Positions 47,151 to 56,695 of a stretch of DNA of 64,000 nucleotides are shown here, piece by piece. Position numbers and translations under genes: made by a program. The notes below the pieces were generated by a model. It was not told the origin of the DNA and searched no databases. It worked only from the letters and a program-made list of their open reading frames with translations. How positions within the stretch are numbered: the stretch's first letter is position 1; each line of letters starts with the position of its first letter. This DNA is from Clostridiales bacterium DTU073. GTDB lineage: Bacteria > Bacillota > Peptococcia > DRI-13 > DTU073. The stretch covers positions 349 to 64,348 of the forward strand of contig LFSF01000004.1 in assembly GCA_001512665.1 (NCBI GenBank), given 5' to 3'.

Positions 47151-47850
47151 GATAAAAAAACTCAATGTTTACTATGGTGTTATCCATGCGTTAAAGGATG
47201 TTTCCTTAACTGTAGATGAAGGGGAAATCGTTACGCTTATCGGGGCTAATGGTGCAGGCAAGACGACAACACTGAGGACGATTTCCGGTTTAAACAAAGC
47301 GACTTCCGGAGAAATATTGCTTGATGGGGAACCGATTACCCATATTTCTGCTCCGCAACGTGTCAAGTTGGGAATTTCGCAGTCACCGGAAGGGAGAAGA
47401 ATTTTCCCGGAAATGACGGTGCTGGAGAATTTAGAGCTGGGTGCATTTTTACGAAAAGATAAGAATAATATTAAGAAGGATCTAGAGGCTGTTTATGAAC
47501 GTTTCCCTATTTTAAGTGATCGGAAGAAACAAACCGCCGGAACACTCTCAGGAGGAGAGCAACAGATGCTCGCCATAAGCAGAGCTTTAATGGCCAAACC
47601 GAGAATTCTTCTGCTTGATGAGCCGTCAATGGGGCTTGCCCCCTTGTTAGTAAGGGAAATTTTTGATATCATTAAAGATATAAACAATGCTGGTACGACT
47701 ATTCTCCTTGTAGAGCAAAATGCGAGTATGGCTTTGTCTATTGCACATCGGGCTTATGTACTCGAAACCGGTTCAATCGTCATGAGTGGAACCGGGGAAG
47801 AGTTAGCAAAAAGCAATGAAATTCAAAAAGCTTATTTAGGAGGCGAATAG
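47143..47850 (+). CDS. livF: Branched-chain amino acid ABC transporter ATP-binding protein
   Basis: Walker A GANGAGKTT, LSGGEQQML, LLLDEPSMGLAP. ATG 47143 overlaps the livG stop. Confidence 0.9.
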   Translation: MLEIKKLNVYYGVIHALKDVSLTVDEGEIVTLIGANGAGKTTTLRTISGLNKATSGEILLDGEPITHISAPQRVKLGISQSPEGRRIFPEMTVLENLELGAFLRKDKNNIKKDLEAVYERFPILSDRKKQTAGTLSGGEQQMLAISRALMAKPRILLLDEPSMGLAPLLVREIFDIIKDINNAGTTILLVEQNASMALSIAHRAYVLETGSIVMSGTGEELAKSNEIQKAYLGGE

Positions 47851-47851
47851 T

Positions 47852-48493
47852 ATGTATGTAAAAAGAAAAATGACGGCCAATCCATACACTATTTCATTCG
47901 ATGCACCTATTAATGAAGCGATTGAATTGATGCGTGAAAAAAGTATCAAAAGAATCCCGGTGTTGAAAGGTGAAAAAGTAGTTGGGATGCTTACACACAT
48001 GGATATCCAAACACTTTCTTCACCCAAGACCACAACATTAAGTGTCTTTGAATTGAACTATCTGTTGTCTAAGGCTAAGGTAAGTGATGCGATGACCAAA
48101 GAGGTTATCACCATTTCCCCTGATGCCCTGCTGGAGGAAGCAGCCATTTTGATGCGGGAAAACAGAATTAGTTCACTGGTAGTAATGAAGGAAAACAAAT
48201 TAGTAGGTATTATTACTGAGAGTGATATTTTTGATGCCTTTATTGATTTGCTTGGTTTCAGAGATGTAGGTACGAGAATTACGGTTGAAGCTGCTGATGT
48301 TCCCGGTGCTCTAGCTGATATTTGTGAAATTTTCCAGTCTTTTGATGCGAATATTACCCATACAGTTGTTTATAGGGGTAGTTCCGGCAAGAGTGATGTT
48401 GTAATCAGAACTAATACCATGAATACCGATGCTATTGAGAAAAAGTTGGAGGAGCAAGGGTATAAAGTTGTTCATGTTTTAAAGAATGAATAA
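47852..48493 (+). CDS. CBS-pair plus ACT domain protein (AcuB-like)
   Basis: Two CBS motifs (IKRIPV..., ISSLVVM..LVGIITESD) followed by an ACT-like C-terminus. Starts 1 nt after the livF stop. Confidence 0.8.
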   Translation: MYVKRKMTANPYTISFDAPINEAIELMREKSIKRIPVLKGEKVVGMLTHMDIQTLSSPKTTTLSVFELNYLLSKAKVSDAMTKEVITISPDALLEEAAILMRENRISSLVVMKENKLVGIITESDIFDAFIDLLGFRDVGTRITVEAADVPGALADICEIFQSFDANITHTVVYRGSSGKSDVVIRTNTMNTDAIEKKLEEQGYKVVHVLKNE

Positions 48494-48672
48494 TCAAAAC
48501 AGTATGTATTTAATACGACAAACTGCGAGGATTTTCTTTCAGTGAGGCGTATGCAGAGGACAAAGTAATTGTGCTGATTCAAGAGGGTTCGTCCCGACTG
48601 TAAAGGCAAGAGTATATATGTGTAGTGCAAAATTCAGCTTGATTTGTTTTGTTGAGTTTTGTTTACCTTATT

Positions 48673-48708
48673 ATCCTTGTACTTTAGAGTACAAGGATTT
48701 TTTTGTTT
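48673..48708 (+). terminator. Strong rho-independent terminator about 25 nt upstream of the TM1266-type regulator start
   Basis: 11-bp perfect stem ATCCTTGTACT/AGTACAAGGAT, loop TTAG, then TTTTTTGTTT. Confidence 0.85.
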
Positions 48709-48732
48709 AAATCATTTTCGGAGGTGATTTCT

Positions 48733-48996
48733 GTGGGAACAAGAATTGCGGCTGTCAGTATTATTATTGAAAATCCTGATTCAGTGGAAAGAGTGAACAA
48801 TATTCTCCATGATTTTAGTAAATACATCATTGGGCGAATGGGGATACCTTATGAGAAAAGAAACATTTCGATTATTTGTATTGTCATTGATGCTCCTAAT
48901 GATGTAATCAGTGCTATATCCGGAAAATTGGGTATGGTACCTGGTGTGCTTGCTAAAGCTGTATATTCCAAACAATTTTCTTCAGAAGAAACGTAA
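48733..48996 (+). CDS. TM1266-family putative iron-only hydrogenase system regulator (ACT/NikR-C-like)
   Basis: GTG 48733 lies 7 nt after GGAGGTG. RIAAVSIIIEN...ISIICIVIDAPNDVISAISGKLGMVPGV matches the family pattern. Directly upstream of hydG. Confidence 0.75.
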   Translation: MGTRIAAVSIIIENPDSVERVNNILHDFSKYIIGRMGIPYEKRNISIICIVIDAPNDVISAISGKLGMVPGVLAKAVYSKQFSSEET

Positions 48997-49061
48997 GGAT
49001 AGGTTAGCAAGGTAGTTTGGCAGAAGGTTAAATAATATGATTGTATAGAGAGGGGATCGAA

Positions 49062-50489
49062 ATGTATAACGTTAAATCGATGGATGCTAATGAATTTATT
49101 GATGACGGTGAGGTTTTAGAATCAATTAGTGAGGCCAAGAAGTTGGTCCAAGATAAGTCGGAAATTGAAAGGATTTTAAATAAGGCCAGACAGTACAAAG
49201 GTCTAACCCACAGGGAAGCGGCGGTTTTGCTGGAAGTAGATGATGATGAAACTCTGGAAAAAATGTTTAAGACAGCTAAAGAGGTTAAGGAGGAAATTTA
49301 CGGAAAAAGAATTGTGTTGTTTGCGCCGCTTTATCTTTCTAATTATTGTGTTAATGACTGCAAATATTGCGGTTATAAATGTTCCAATAAGATCGGCAGA
49401 CATCAGCTTAGTCAAGAGGAATTAAGGGAAGAAGTACGTGCTTTGGAAGCTATGGGGCATAAAAGGCTGCTCCTCGAGGCAGGTGAAGATGATGAGAAAT
49501 GCCCGATAGATTATATTTTGGAATGTATCAATACAATCTATAATGAAAAGTTTGCTAACGGAGCAATTCGCAGAGTTAATGTTGATATTGCGGCAACTAC
49601 TGTAGAAAATTATCAAAAGCTTAAGGAGGCAAAGATTGGGACATATATTTTGTTCCAGGAAACCTATCATAAACCCACTTATCTGGAGATGCATCGCGGT
49701 CCGAAGCGTAATTATGAATGGCATACGGAAGCAATGGACAGAGCCATGTTAGGTGGTGGCCTTAATGATGTTGGTATTGGACCGTTGTTTGGTTTGTACG
49801 ATTATCATTATGAAACAGTAGCTCTTTTAATGCACGTGGAACATTTGGAAGCTGTTGCCGGAGTAGGGCCTCATACGATTTCTTTCCCCAGGTTACTACC
49901 CGCAGAAGGAGTGGATTATTCTTCTTTTCCTTATCTGGTAAATGACAGAGATTTTAAAAAGGTAGTAGCAACTATTCGTCTCGCTGTTCCGTATACCGGG
50001 TTGATTTTATCTACTCGTGAAAGTGTTGAATTTCGTAATGAACTTTTGGATTTAGGTATTTCCCAGATGAGTGCCGGTTCCTCAGTTGGTGTGGGCGGGT
50101 ATGCGCAGAGAAAAACAGTAGATGAAGAAGGTCTGGAAGAAAAGCCACAGTTTAATTTGGCTGACCATAGAAAGCCCATTGATGTAATTAAAGGTCTGGT
50201 TAGAGATGGTTATATCCCCAGTTACTGTACTGCTTGCTACAGAGAAGGAAGAACAGGTGACCGTTTTATGGCTTTAGCCAAATCGGGGCAAATCAAAAAT
50301 TGTTGTCATCCTAATGCTCTCTTAACCTTCGAAGAGTATTTGAGGGACTATGCAGATGCGGAACTTATGGAAATGGGGCAAAAGATGATTGATCGAGAAA
50401 TTCAAAACATTCCCAATGAAAAGCAAAGAGCCAGAGCAATCGAGTATCTCCAGCGTATTCGCAACGGTGAAAGAGATTTAAGAATTTAA
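49062..50489 (+). CDS. hydG: [FeFe]-hydrogenase H-cluster maturase, radical SAM tyrosine lyase HydG
   Basis: CVNDCKYCGY radical-SAM cluster and the C-terminal CTACYREGRTGDRFM motif specific to HydG. ATG 49062 follows GAGAGGGG. Confidence 0.9.
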   Translation: MYNVKSMDANEFIDDGEVLESISEAKKLVQDKSEIERILNKARQYKGLTHREAAVLLEVDDDETLEKMFKTAKEVKEEIYGKRIVLFAPLYLSNYCVNDCKYCGYKCSNKIGRHQLSQEELREEVRALEAMGHKRLLLEAGEDDEKCPIDYILECINTIYNEKFANGAIRRVNVDIAATTVENYQKLKEAKIGTYILFQETYHKPTYLEMHRGPKRNYEWHTEAMDRAMLGGGLNDVGIGPLFGLYDYHYETVALLMHVEHLEAVAGVGPHTISFPRLLPAEGVDYSSFPYLVNDRDFKKVVATIRLAVPYTGLILSTRESVEFRNELLDLGISQMSAGSSVGVGGYAQRKTVDEEGLEEKPQFNLADHRKPIDVIKGLVRDGYIPSYCTACYREGRTGDRFMALAKSGQIKNCCHPNALLTFEEYLRDYADAELMEMGQKMIDREIQNIPNEKQRARAIEYLQRIRNGERDLRI

Positions 50490-50681
50490 GTACGGACGCT
50501 TAGGTTTACCCTAAAACTTTCTTACAATTGATATACATTATTATATTATTATGTTAAAATGTCTCACAGGAGACTTTACGCTGCAGATAAGAGAGAGAAA
50601 AGGACTGGAGCATGGGATGTATAAGAATTCGTAGGATTATGTCGAAGTATTTTGTTGTAGTAAAAAAAGGAGGAATGTTCA

Positions 50682-51101
50682 TTGAAAGTTAAGGAGTTTA
50701 CAATATATCGGTTAATTAAGAGTGAAGATTTAAATCATCATGGTACTTTGTATGCGGGAAGATGTGCGGAATGGTTTGTAGAAGCCGGATTTATTGCTGC
50801 TTCAGATCTCAGTTCTCCTAATAATACTGTTTGTTTGAAAATACATGGGATGACTTTTACTAAACCGGTTCATCGTGGTGATACGCTTAAATTTTCCAGT
50901 AAAGTCATCTGGGTTGGTCGCTCCAGGTTAGTCTCTTATGTTAAAGTTACTACGAAAGAGGAAGACTTTCTCGTCGATGGTTTTATCACTTTTGTTCATG
51001 TGGATGAGCAAGGACATGCAGTACCACACGGCATCAGTCAAATTGAGCCGGAGACAGAGGAAGATAAAAAAAATCACGAATTAGCACAAAACTTAAGGTA
51101 A
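50682..51101 (+). CDS. Acyl-CoA thioesterase (hotdog fold)
   Basis: 139 aa. NHHGTLYAGRCAEWFVEAG and a single hotdog domain. TTG start after AAGGAGGA. Confidence 0.75.
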   Translation: MKVKEFTIYRLIKSEDLNHHGTLYAGRCAEWFVEAGFIAASDLSSPNNTVCLKIHGMTFTKPVHRGDTLKFSSKVIWVGRSRLVSYVKVTTKEEDFLVDGFITFVHVDEQGHAVPHGISQIEPETEEDKKNHELAQNLR

Positions 51102-51308
51102 GTAATGAAAGAACATTTGCATATTGTTGTTAAAATATTTGAATTGATTTGCTTTCTTTTGCCTGTGTTTAGCCGGTATTGCGGTTATTTTCACGGGTAT
51201 TCTTTTTGTTATTTATTATAACTTTTGTTTGCGTTTATAATTAGTACATATAATAAATGTTTAGATGGTATGGGTAAGGCTTTTGTAAATAAGGACGGTG
51301 GGAATTAA

Positions 51309-53048
51309 ATGATAAGACAATTAATTATAAGTGTTGGTCAGTATAAAAAAGAATCAATTCTTGCACCGGTCATTGTGGTTCTTGAAGTGGTGATGGAGGT
51401 GATCATCCCGTTTTTAATGGCTTACTTGATTGACTATGGAATCGACAGGGGAGATCTAAGTGCCATCTTTAAAATAGGAACAGCTTTGCTCATAGCCACA
51501 CTTCTTTCTTTACTATTTGGGGTACTGGCAGGGCATTTTGCAGCCATAGCTTCAGCCGGGTATGCCAGAAACCTTCGCCAAAGATTGTATTATACAGTGC
51601 AGAATTTTTCTTTCTTTAATCTTGATAAATTTACAACGGCTAGTTTGGTTACCCGTATGACCACAGATGTTACCAATATCCAAAATGCCTATCAAATGAT
51701 TATTCGTGTTGCGGTGCGTAGTCCTTTTATGCTTATTTTCTCGTTAATTATGGCTTTTAGCATTAATTCTCGGCTCTCCTTGATTTTCTTGGTAATTTTG
51801 CCTTTGTTGGGAGCTGCACTTTATTTGATCATTAGTCATGCTCACCCCATTTTTCGAAAAGTATTTAAGACCTATGACAAGTTGAATAATGTGGTGCAAG
51901 AGAATTTACGCGGTATTCGGGTAGTTAAATCATTTGTGCGTGAGGAATATGAAAAGGAGAAGTTTAAATCTGTTTCTGAGGCTATTTTTAAGGATTTTTC
52001 CAAAGCGGAAAAGATTGTTGCTTTTAATGCGCCCTTGATGCAGTTTTTTATTTATAGTTCCATCCTTCTGATTTCTTGGTTTGGGGCTAGGATGATCGTA
52101 ACCAAGACGATGACTACCGGGCAGCTGGTAAGTTTAATCACTTATGCTTTCCAGATATTAATAAGTTTGATGATGTTATCGATGGTTTTTGTGATCATTA
52201 CTATTTCCCGAGCTTCTGCGGAACGAATTGTGGAAGTTTTAAATGAAGAAAGTGATCTTCAGATTTGCCATCAACCTGTCCAAGAAGTAAAAAACGGAGA
52301 GATTATCTTTCAAAATGTAAGCTTTAGTTATACCAAAAACCCGGATAATCTCAGTCTTAGCGAGGTAAATTTGAATATAAAATCAGGAGAAACCGTGGGG
52401 ATTATCGGAGGAACCGGCAGCTCCAAAACGACTCTGGTTCAATTAATTCCTCGCCTTTATGATGTGACTAAGGGGGCTGTTTTTGTTGGTGGTGTAGATG
52501 TTCGCAATTATGATTTAAAAGTTTTACGCGATAATGTTGCCGTGGTTCTGCAAAAAAACGTTTTATTCTCGGGAACACTTAAAGAAAATCTCCGTTGGGG
52601 AGATAAGCAGGCAACTGATGAAGAGCTTGTCCGAGTTTGTAAACTAGCCCAAGCGCATGATTTTATTGAAGACTTACCTGATGGCTATGATACTTATATA
52701 GAAGAAGGAGGAACAAATGTTTCGGGTGGTCAGAAACAGCGGATCTGTATTGCTCGGGCCTTGTTGAAAAAGCCGAAGATTTTAATTCTTGATGATTCCA
52801 CCAGTGCCGTAGATACGAAGACGGAAGCTTTAATTCGTCAAGCTTTCTTAGAAGAACTTCCTGAGATGACCAAATTGATTATTACGCAAAGGGTAGCTTC
52901 CATTAAGGATGCTGACAAAATCATTGTGATGGATGGCGGACGTGTTAATGCAGTAGGCACGCACGAGGAATTATTGAAGACAAACAAAATTTATCAGGAG
53001 ATATATTATTCTCAACAAAAAGGGGGCAATAGTAATGATGCCGCCTAA
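51309..53048 (+). CDS. ABC exporter, fused permease/ATPase (heterodimer half 1)
   Basis: 6-TM type I exporter domain plus NBD (GGTGSSKTT, VSGGQKQR, ILILDD). 579 aa. Confidence 0.88.
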   Translation: MIRQLIISVGQYKKESILAPVIVVLEVVMEVIIPFLMAYLIDYGIDRGDLSAIFKIGTALLIATLLSLLFGVLAGHFAAIASAGYARNLRQRLYYTVQNFSFFNLDKFTTASLVTRMTTDVTNIQNAYQMIIRVAVRSPFMLIFSLIMAFSINSRLSLIFLVILPLLGAALYLIISHAHPIFRKVFKTYDKLNNVVQENLRGIRVVKSFVREEYEKEKFKSVSEAIFKDFSKAEKIVAFNAPLMQFFIYSSILLISWFGARMIVTKTMTTGQLVSLITYAFQILISLMMLSMVFVIITISRASAERIVEVLNEESDLQICHQPVQEVKNGEIIFQNVSFSYTKNPDNLSLSEVNLNIKSGETVGIIGGTGSSKTTLVQLIPRLYDVTKGAVFVGGVDVRNYDLKVLRDNVAVVLQKNVLFSGTLKENLRWGDKQATDEELVRVCKLAQAHDFIEDLPDGYDTYIEEGGTNVSGGQKQRICIARALLKKPKILILDDSTSAVDTKTEALIRQAFLEELPEMTKLIITQRVASIKDADKIIVMDGGRVNAVGTHEELLKTNKIYQEIYYSQQKGGNSNDAA

Positions 53049-54927
53049 AAATTCTCAACGTCCGGCCACGTTTAAAGGTCAGAGCAAAACTATTAAAAGG
53101 CTGTTTTCTTATATTCAGAAGGGATACAAAATAAGCTTTATTATTGTATTGATTTGTATTTTAATCAGTACAGGTGCCGCGGTGGCCAGTTCCTTATTTT
53201 TGGAGATTTTGATTGATGACTATATTACACCACTTCTTGCTGTAGAAAATCCTGTTTTCACCGGTTTGTTGCAAGCAATTCTGATTATGACGGGGATTTT
53301 TCTCCTCGGTGTTTTGGCTACTCTAATTTATACCCGTTTAATGGCGGTGATGACCCAGGGTATCTTAAAAGAAATCCGTGACCAGATGTTTGAGCATATG
53401 CAGGCTTTACCGATTAAATATTTTGATACCCATACTCATGGAGATGTCATGAGTCGTTATACTAATGATACGGATACTTTACGGCAAATGTTTGCTCACG
53501 GCTTACCACAGATGTTTTCTTCGGTAGTAACAATAGCTGCTGTTTCTTTGGCGATGTTGGCTACCAGTTTGCACTTGTCGGTTGTTGTCCTTATTACTTT
53601 ATGCTTCATGTTATTTGTTGTGAAAAAAGTTGCCGGGAATAGTGCTAAGTTTTTTGTTAAACAGCAACAATCACTTGGTCAAACTAATGGTTATATTGAA
53701 GAAATGATTCACGGACAAAAAGTAGTCAAGGTCTTTTGCTATGAAGAGGAAGCTAAGGTTAAATTCGATCAACTTAATGATGAGCTCTGCCGTAATGCTA
53801 CAGAAGCTAATCGTTTTGCTAATATTTTAATGCCGTTGATGATGAATATGGGTCATTTGCAGTATGTTATTTTGGCCATTGTGGGAGGTATACTGGCCGT
53901 AAACGGTATTGGCGGGATTACCTTAGGAACAATCGCCAGTTTTTTACAATTAAGCAGAACATTGAGTGGTCCCATTGCTCAGGTTTCTCAACAACTCAAT
54001 GCTGTTATTATGGCTCTTGCCGGTGCAGGTCGCATTTTTGAGTTATTAGATGAGGAAGTAGAAACTGATGATGGCGATGTAACTTTGGTCAATGCTAAAT
54101 ATGAAGGAGAAAAACTGGTAGAAACAGCAGAGCGTACCGGGATATGGGCCTGGAAATATCTTACTTCTGAGGGAAATGTGGCTTATATCAGGCTACAAGG
54201 TGATGTTCGTTTTTCTGATGTGGATTTCAGTTATGATGGGGAAAATGTTATTTTGCATAAGATCTCTCTTTACGCCAAACCGGGGCAGAAGGTGGCCTTT
54301 GTCGGGGCGACGGGGGCAGGAAAAACAACTATCACAAATTTAATCAATCGTTTTTATGATTTAGTTGACGGAAAAATTCTTTATGACGGGATTGATATTA
54401 AGAAAATAAAAAAGAGCGATTTACGTCGCTCTCTGGGTATAGTTCTGCAGGATACACATCTCTTTACCGGTACAGTAATGGAGAATATTCGTTATGGCAG
54501 ATTGGATGCTACAGATGAAGAAGTAATTGAGGCTGCGAAAAGAGCTAATGCCCACGGGTTTATTTCTATGCTGCCTAATGGGTATGATACTGTTTTAGCG
54601 GGTAGCGGTACTGATCTTTCACAAGGACAAAGACAACTTTTGTCTATTGCCAGAGCAGAGGTTGCTGATGCCCCGGTAATGATTCTTGATGAAGCCACTT
54701 CCAGTATCGATACACGTACCGAGGCGATAATCCAAAAAGGAATGGATGCCTTAATGGAAGGACGCACTGTTTTTGTGATAGCCCATAGACTTTCTACTGT
54801 TCAAAACGCTGATGTGATTATGGTACTGGAGCAAGGTCACATTATTGAACGGGGAACTCATGATGATTTAATTGCACAAAAAGGAAAGTATTATCAACTT
54901 TATACCGGGGTCTTTGAGTTAGAGTGA
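53035..54927 (+). CDS. ABC exporter, fused permease/ATPase (heterodimer half 2)
   Basis: 6-TM domain plus NBD (GATGAGKTT, LSQGQRQL, MILDEATS). 630 aa. Overlaps the upstream partner. Confidence 0.88.
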   Translation: MMPPKNSQRPATFKGQSKTIKRLFSYIQKGYKISFIIVLICILISTGAAVASSLFLEILIDDYITPLLAVENPVFTGLLQAILIMTGIFLLGVLATLIYTRLMAVMTQGILKEIRDQMFEHMQALPIKYFDTHTHGDVMSRYTNDTDTLRQMFAHGLPQMFSSVVTIAAVSLAMLATSLHLSVVVLITLCFMLFVVKKVAGNSAKFFVKQQQSLGQTNGYIEEMIHGQKVVKVFCYEEEAKVKFDQLNDELCRNATEANRFANILMPLMMNMGHLQYVILAIVGGILAVNGIGGITLGTIASFLQLSRTLSGPIAQVSQQLNAVIMALAGAGRIFELLDEEVETDDGDVTLVNAKYEGEKLVETAERTGIWAWKYLTSEGNVAYIRLQGDVRFSDVDFSYDGENVILHKISLYAKPGQKVAFVGATGAGKTTITNLINRFYDLVDGKILYDGIDIKKIKKSDLRRSLGIVLQDTHLFTGTVMENIRYGRLDATDEEVIEAAKRANAHGFISMLPNGYDTVLAGSGTDLSQGQRQLLSIARAEVADAPVMILDEATSSIDTRTEAIIQKGMDALMEGRTVFVIAHRLSTVQNADVIMVLEQGHIIERGTHDDLIAQKGKYYQLYTGVFELE

Positions 54928-55072
54928 ATACTGAACGTTGGAATTTAGGATAACTAAAGTTTAACAGTTAGAGAAAAAATTTTCAAACGATATTTACTTA
55001 AATAACAGGATACTCCTCTTTTATGTAGAAATTGTTTATAGAAATAAATATACAATTCTTGAGGTGAGGGGT

Positions 55073-56032
55073 ATGGACAGTACTGTTAAGGTAAGAGAAG
55101 TTCTCTCAACTAAAGGGTTTGAAGGCAGTCGTGTTGTATCAGGTCATGCCGGTCTTGATAATGTTGTGAAAATGGTTACGGTTGCAGAAGTACCGGATGC
55201 AATGGACTGGCTTGTCGGTGGTGAGTTGGTGATGACAACTGCTTATTATCTTAAGGATACTCCGAAAGCCTTAAAGATATGGGTAAATGGGTTAATTGAA
55301 CATGGGGCGGTAGCTTTAGCAATTAAATCAAGTCGTTTTATAGGTGTTATACCGGACGTAATTAAGAAGATTGGAGAAGAAAGAGCTTTTCCAATTATAG
55401 AACTTCCTCCTGATGTCACTTGGCCGGCAATAATTGAAAGTGTTACTAATTTATTAATGAATCAACAACAGGGGATTTTAGTGTCCACTGAAGAAATTTA
55501 TGATAAATTAATGAGATTAGTGCTGGAATCTAAGGGGTTAAATGCTATTGTTGAGACTTTAAGTGATTTGATTAAGAAGCCGATTATCATTGAGGATCGT
55601 TGGTTTAATACTATGGCTTTATCACCTCCGGCAAATGAGGAAGAAGCGTATTTGCTGAAACTGAGAACCGATCCTGATTATCTGAAGGTATTAGCTAAGA
55701 CGTATGATTTAGAGGGGCATGTGCAGGAAAAATATCAAGAGCATATCCTACAAACTCCGCTTAAGACTATTCAGCAGGTAATTTTTCCGGTTCTGGTGGA
55801 AAATAAGATTATGGGCTATTTGACGGTTTTATTAAGTGAAAAGAAGCTTTCAAAAAGAGAATATAAAATAATAAAACATGGGATTACGGTAATTGCTTTG
55901 GAAATATCTAAACAAAAGGCAGTAATTGAAGCATATGGACGATTTCGTTTGGATATTTTATTGTCATGGTTTCAGTGCTGGCAGGCTGTGGGGGAAATGG
56001 TGATACTGCAGGTGGTGACGAAGAGGAAGTAA
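55073..56032 (+). pseudogene. PucR-like transcriptional regulator, N-terminal roughly 295 aa only; C-terminal HTH lost and the frame runs into foreign sequence
   Basis: PucR N-terminal domain (VREVL..G..VVSGHAGLDNVV..VTVAEVPD..W..GGELVMTT). Homology ends near 55950-55965. No PucR C-terminal HTH anywhere downstream. Confidence 0.65.
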
Positions 56033-56568
56033 AATATACGATAGGGGTATCCTTACCAACCGTCAAAGGACCGTTTTTTACGGCGTTAACCTATGGTATT
56101 ATGAGCCGGGCTGAGGAACTTGGGGTAGATACTGTAGTACTTGATGCCGGCGGGTATGAGTATATTGATAACCAGATTTCTCATATGGAGGATTTAATTA
56201 CTCGTAAAGTAGATGGAATTCTGTTAGATCCTGCGGATGATAAAGCTGTTGCTCCTATGGTTGATGAAGCTGTTGGGTAAGGTGCTGCTGATGCACTGGT
56301 AGCAGCTGGAAAGACCGAACAGATTCAATTGGTTACTGCTGTTTTGGGACCTGACACTGAAGCAATGATCAGAGATGGTTCAATTGATGCATCAGTTGCT
56401 CAAAAAACAGTATTAATTGGGCGGACTTCTGTAGATACAATAATGGACGTAATAGCCGGGAAAAAAGTAGATAGAGAAATAATTATACCGACTATAACAG
56501 TGACGAAAGACAATGTAGATATAATTAATATAGGAGAAATTCGGCATCCTGAGGGATGGCGTCCCTAA
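55954..56568 (+). pseudogene. Sugar ABC substrate-binding lipoprotein (RbsB-like) remnant: 5'-truncated signal peptide, internal in-frame deletion, and a TAA at the junction (56278-56280)
   Basis: ..FIVMVSVLAGCGGN lipobox tail, IGVSLPTVKGPFF N-lobe start, then VDEAVG-TAA-GAADALVAAGK..VTAVLGPD..ASVAQ C-lobe end. About 205 codons remain, whereas my recollection of the family is about 330. Confidence 0.7.
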
Positions 56569-56625
56569 ATATTGCGTAGTATTTTTTAAGTAGTTAGCTA
56601 AGGCAGAAAGTTATGGTAAGTATAA

Positions 56626-56664
56626 AAAGCAGACAATTTTTCAAAATAAAAGTTGTCTGCTTTG
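56626..56664 (+). terminator. Probable terminator hairpin
   Basis: Stem AAAGCAGACAA/TTGTCTGCTTT with a 16-nt loop. The U-tract is short. Confidence 0.55.
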
Positions 56665-56695
56665 AAACTTATATTAAGGTGAAGAGGTGGATGTG

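Noticed and set aside
50587-50616. ATAAGAGAGAGAAAAGGACTGGAGCATGGG upstream of the thioesterase gene superficially resembles the S-box (SAM-I) core AAGAGnGG..GAGGGACTGGCCC
   Set aside because: It lacks the GCAACC/P3-P4 elements, the paired helices and a terminator, and the downstream gene has no link to sulfur or SAM metabolism.
51150-51240. Short hydrophobic ORF (about 25 codons, TTG start) in the leader of the ABC exporter operon, as a possible regulatory leader peptide
   Set aside because: It has no SD, a non-ATG start and no terminator/antiterminator pair. This is indistinguishable from chance.
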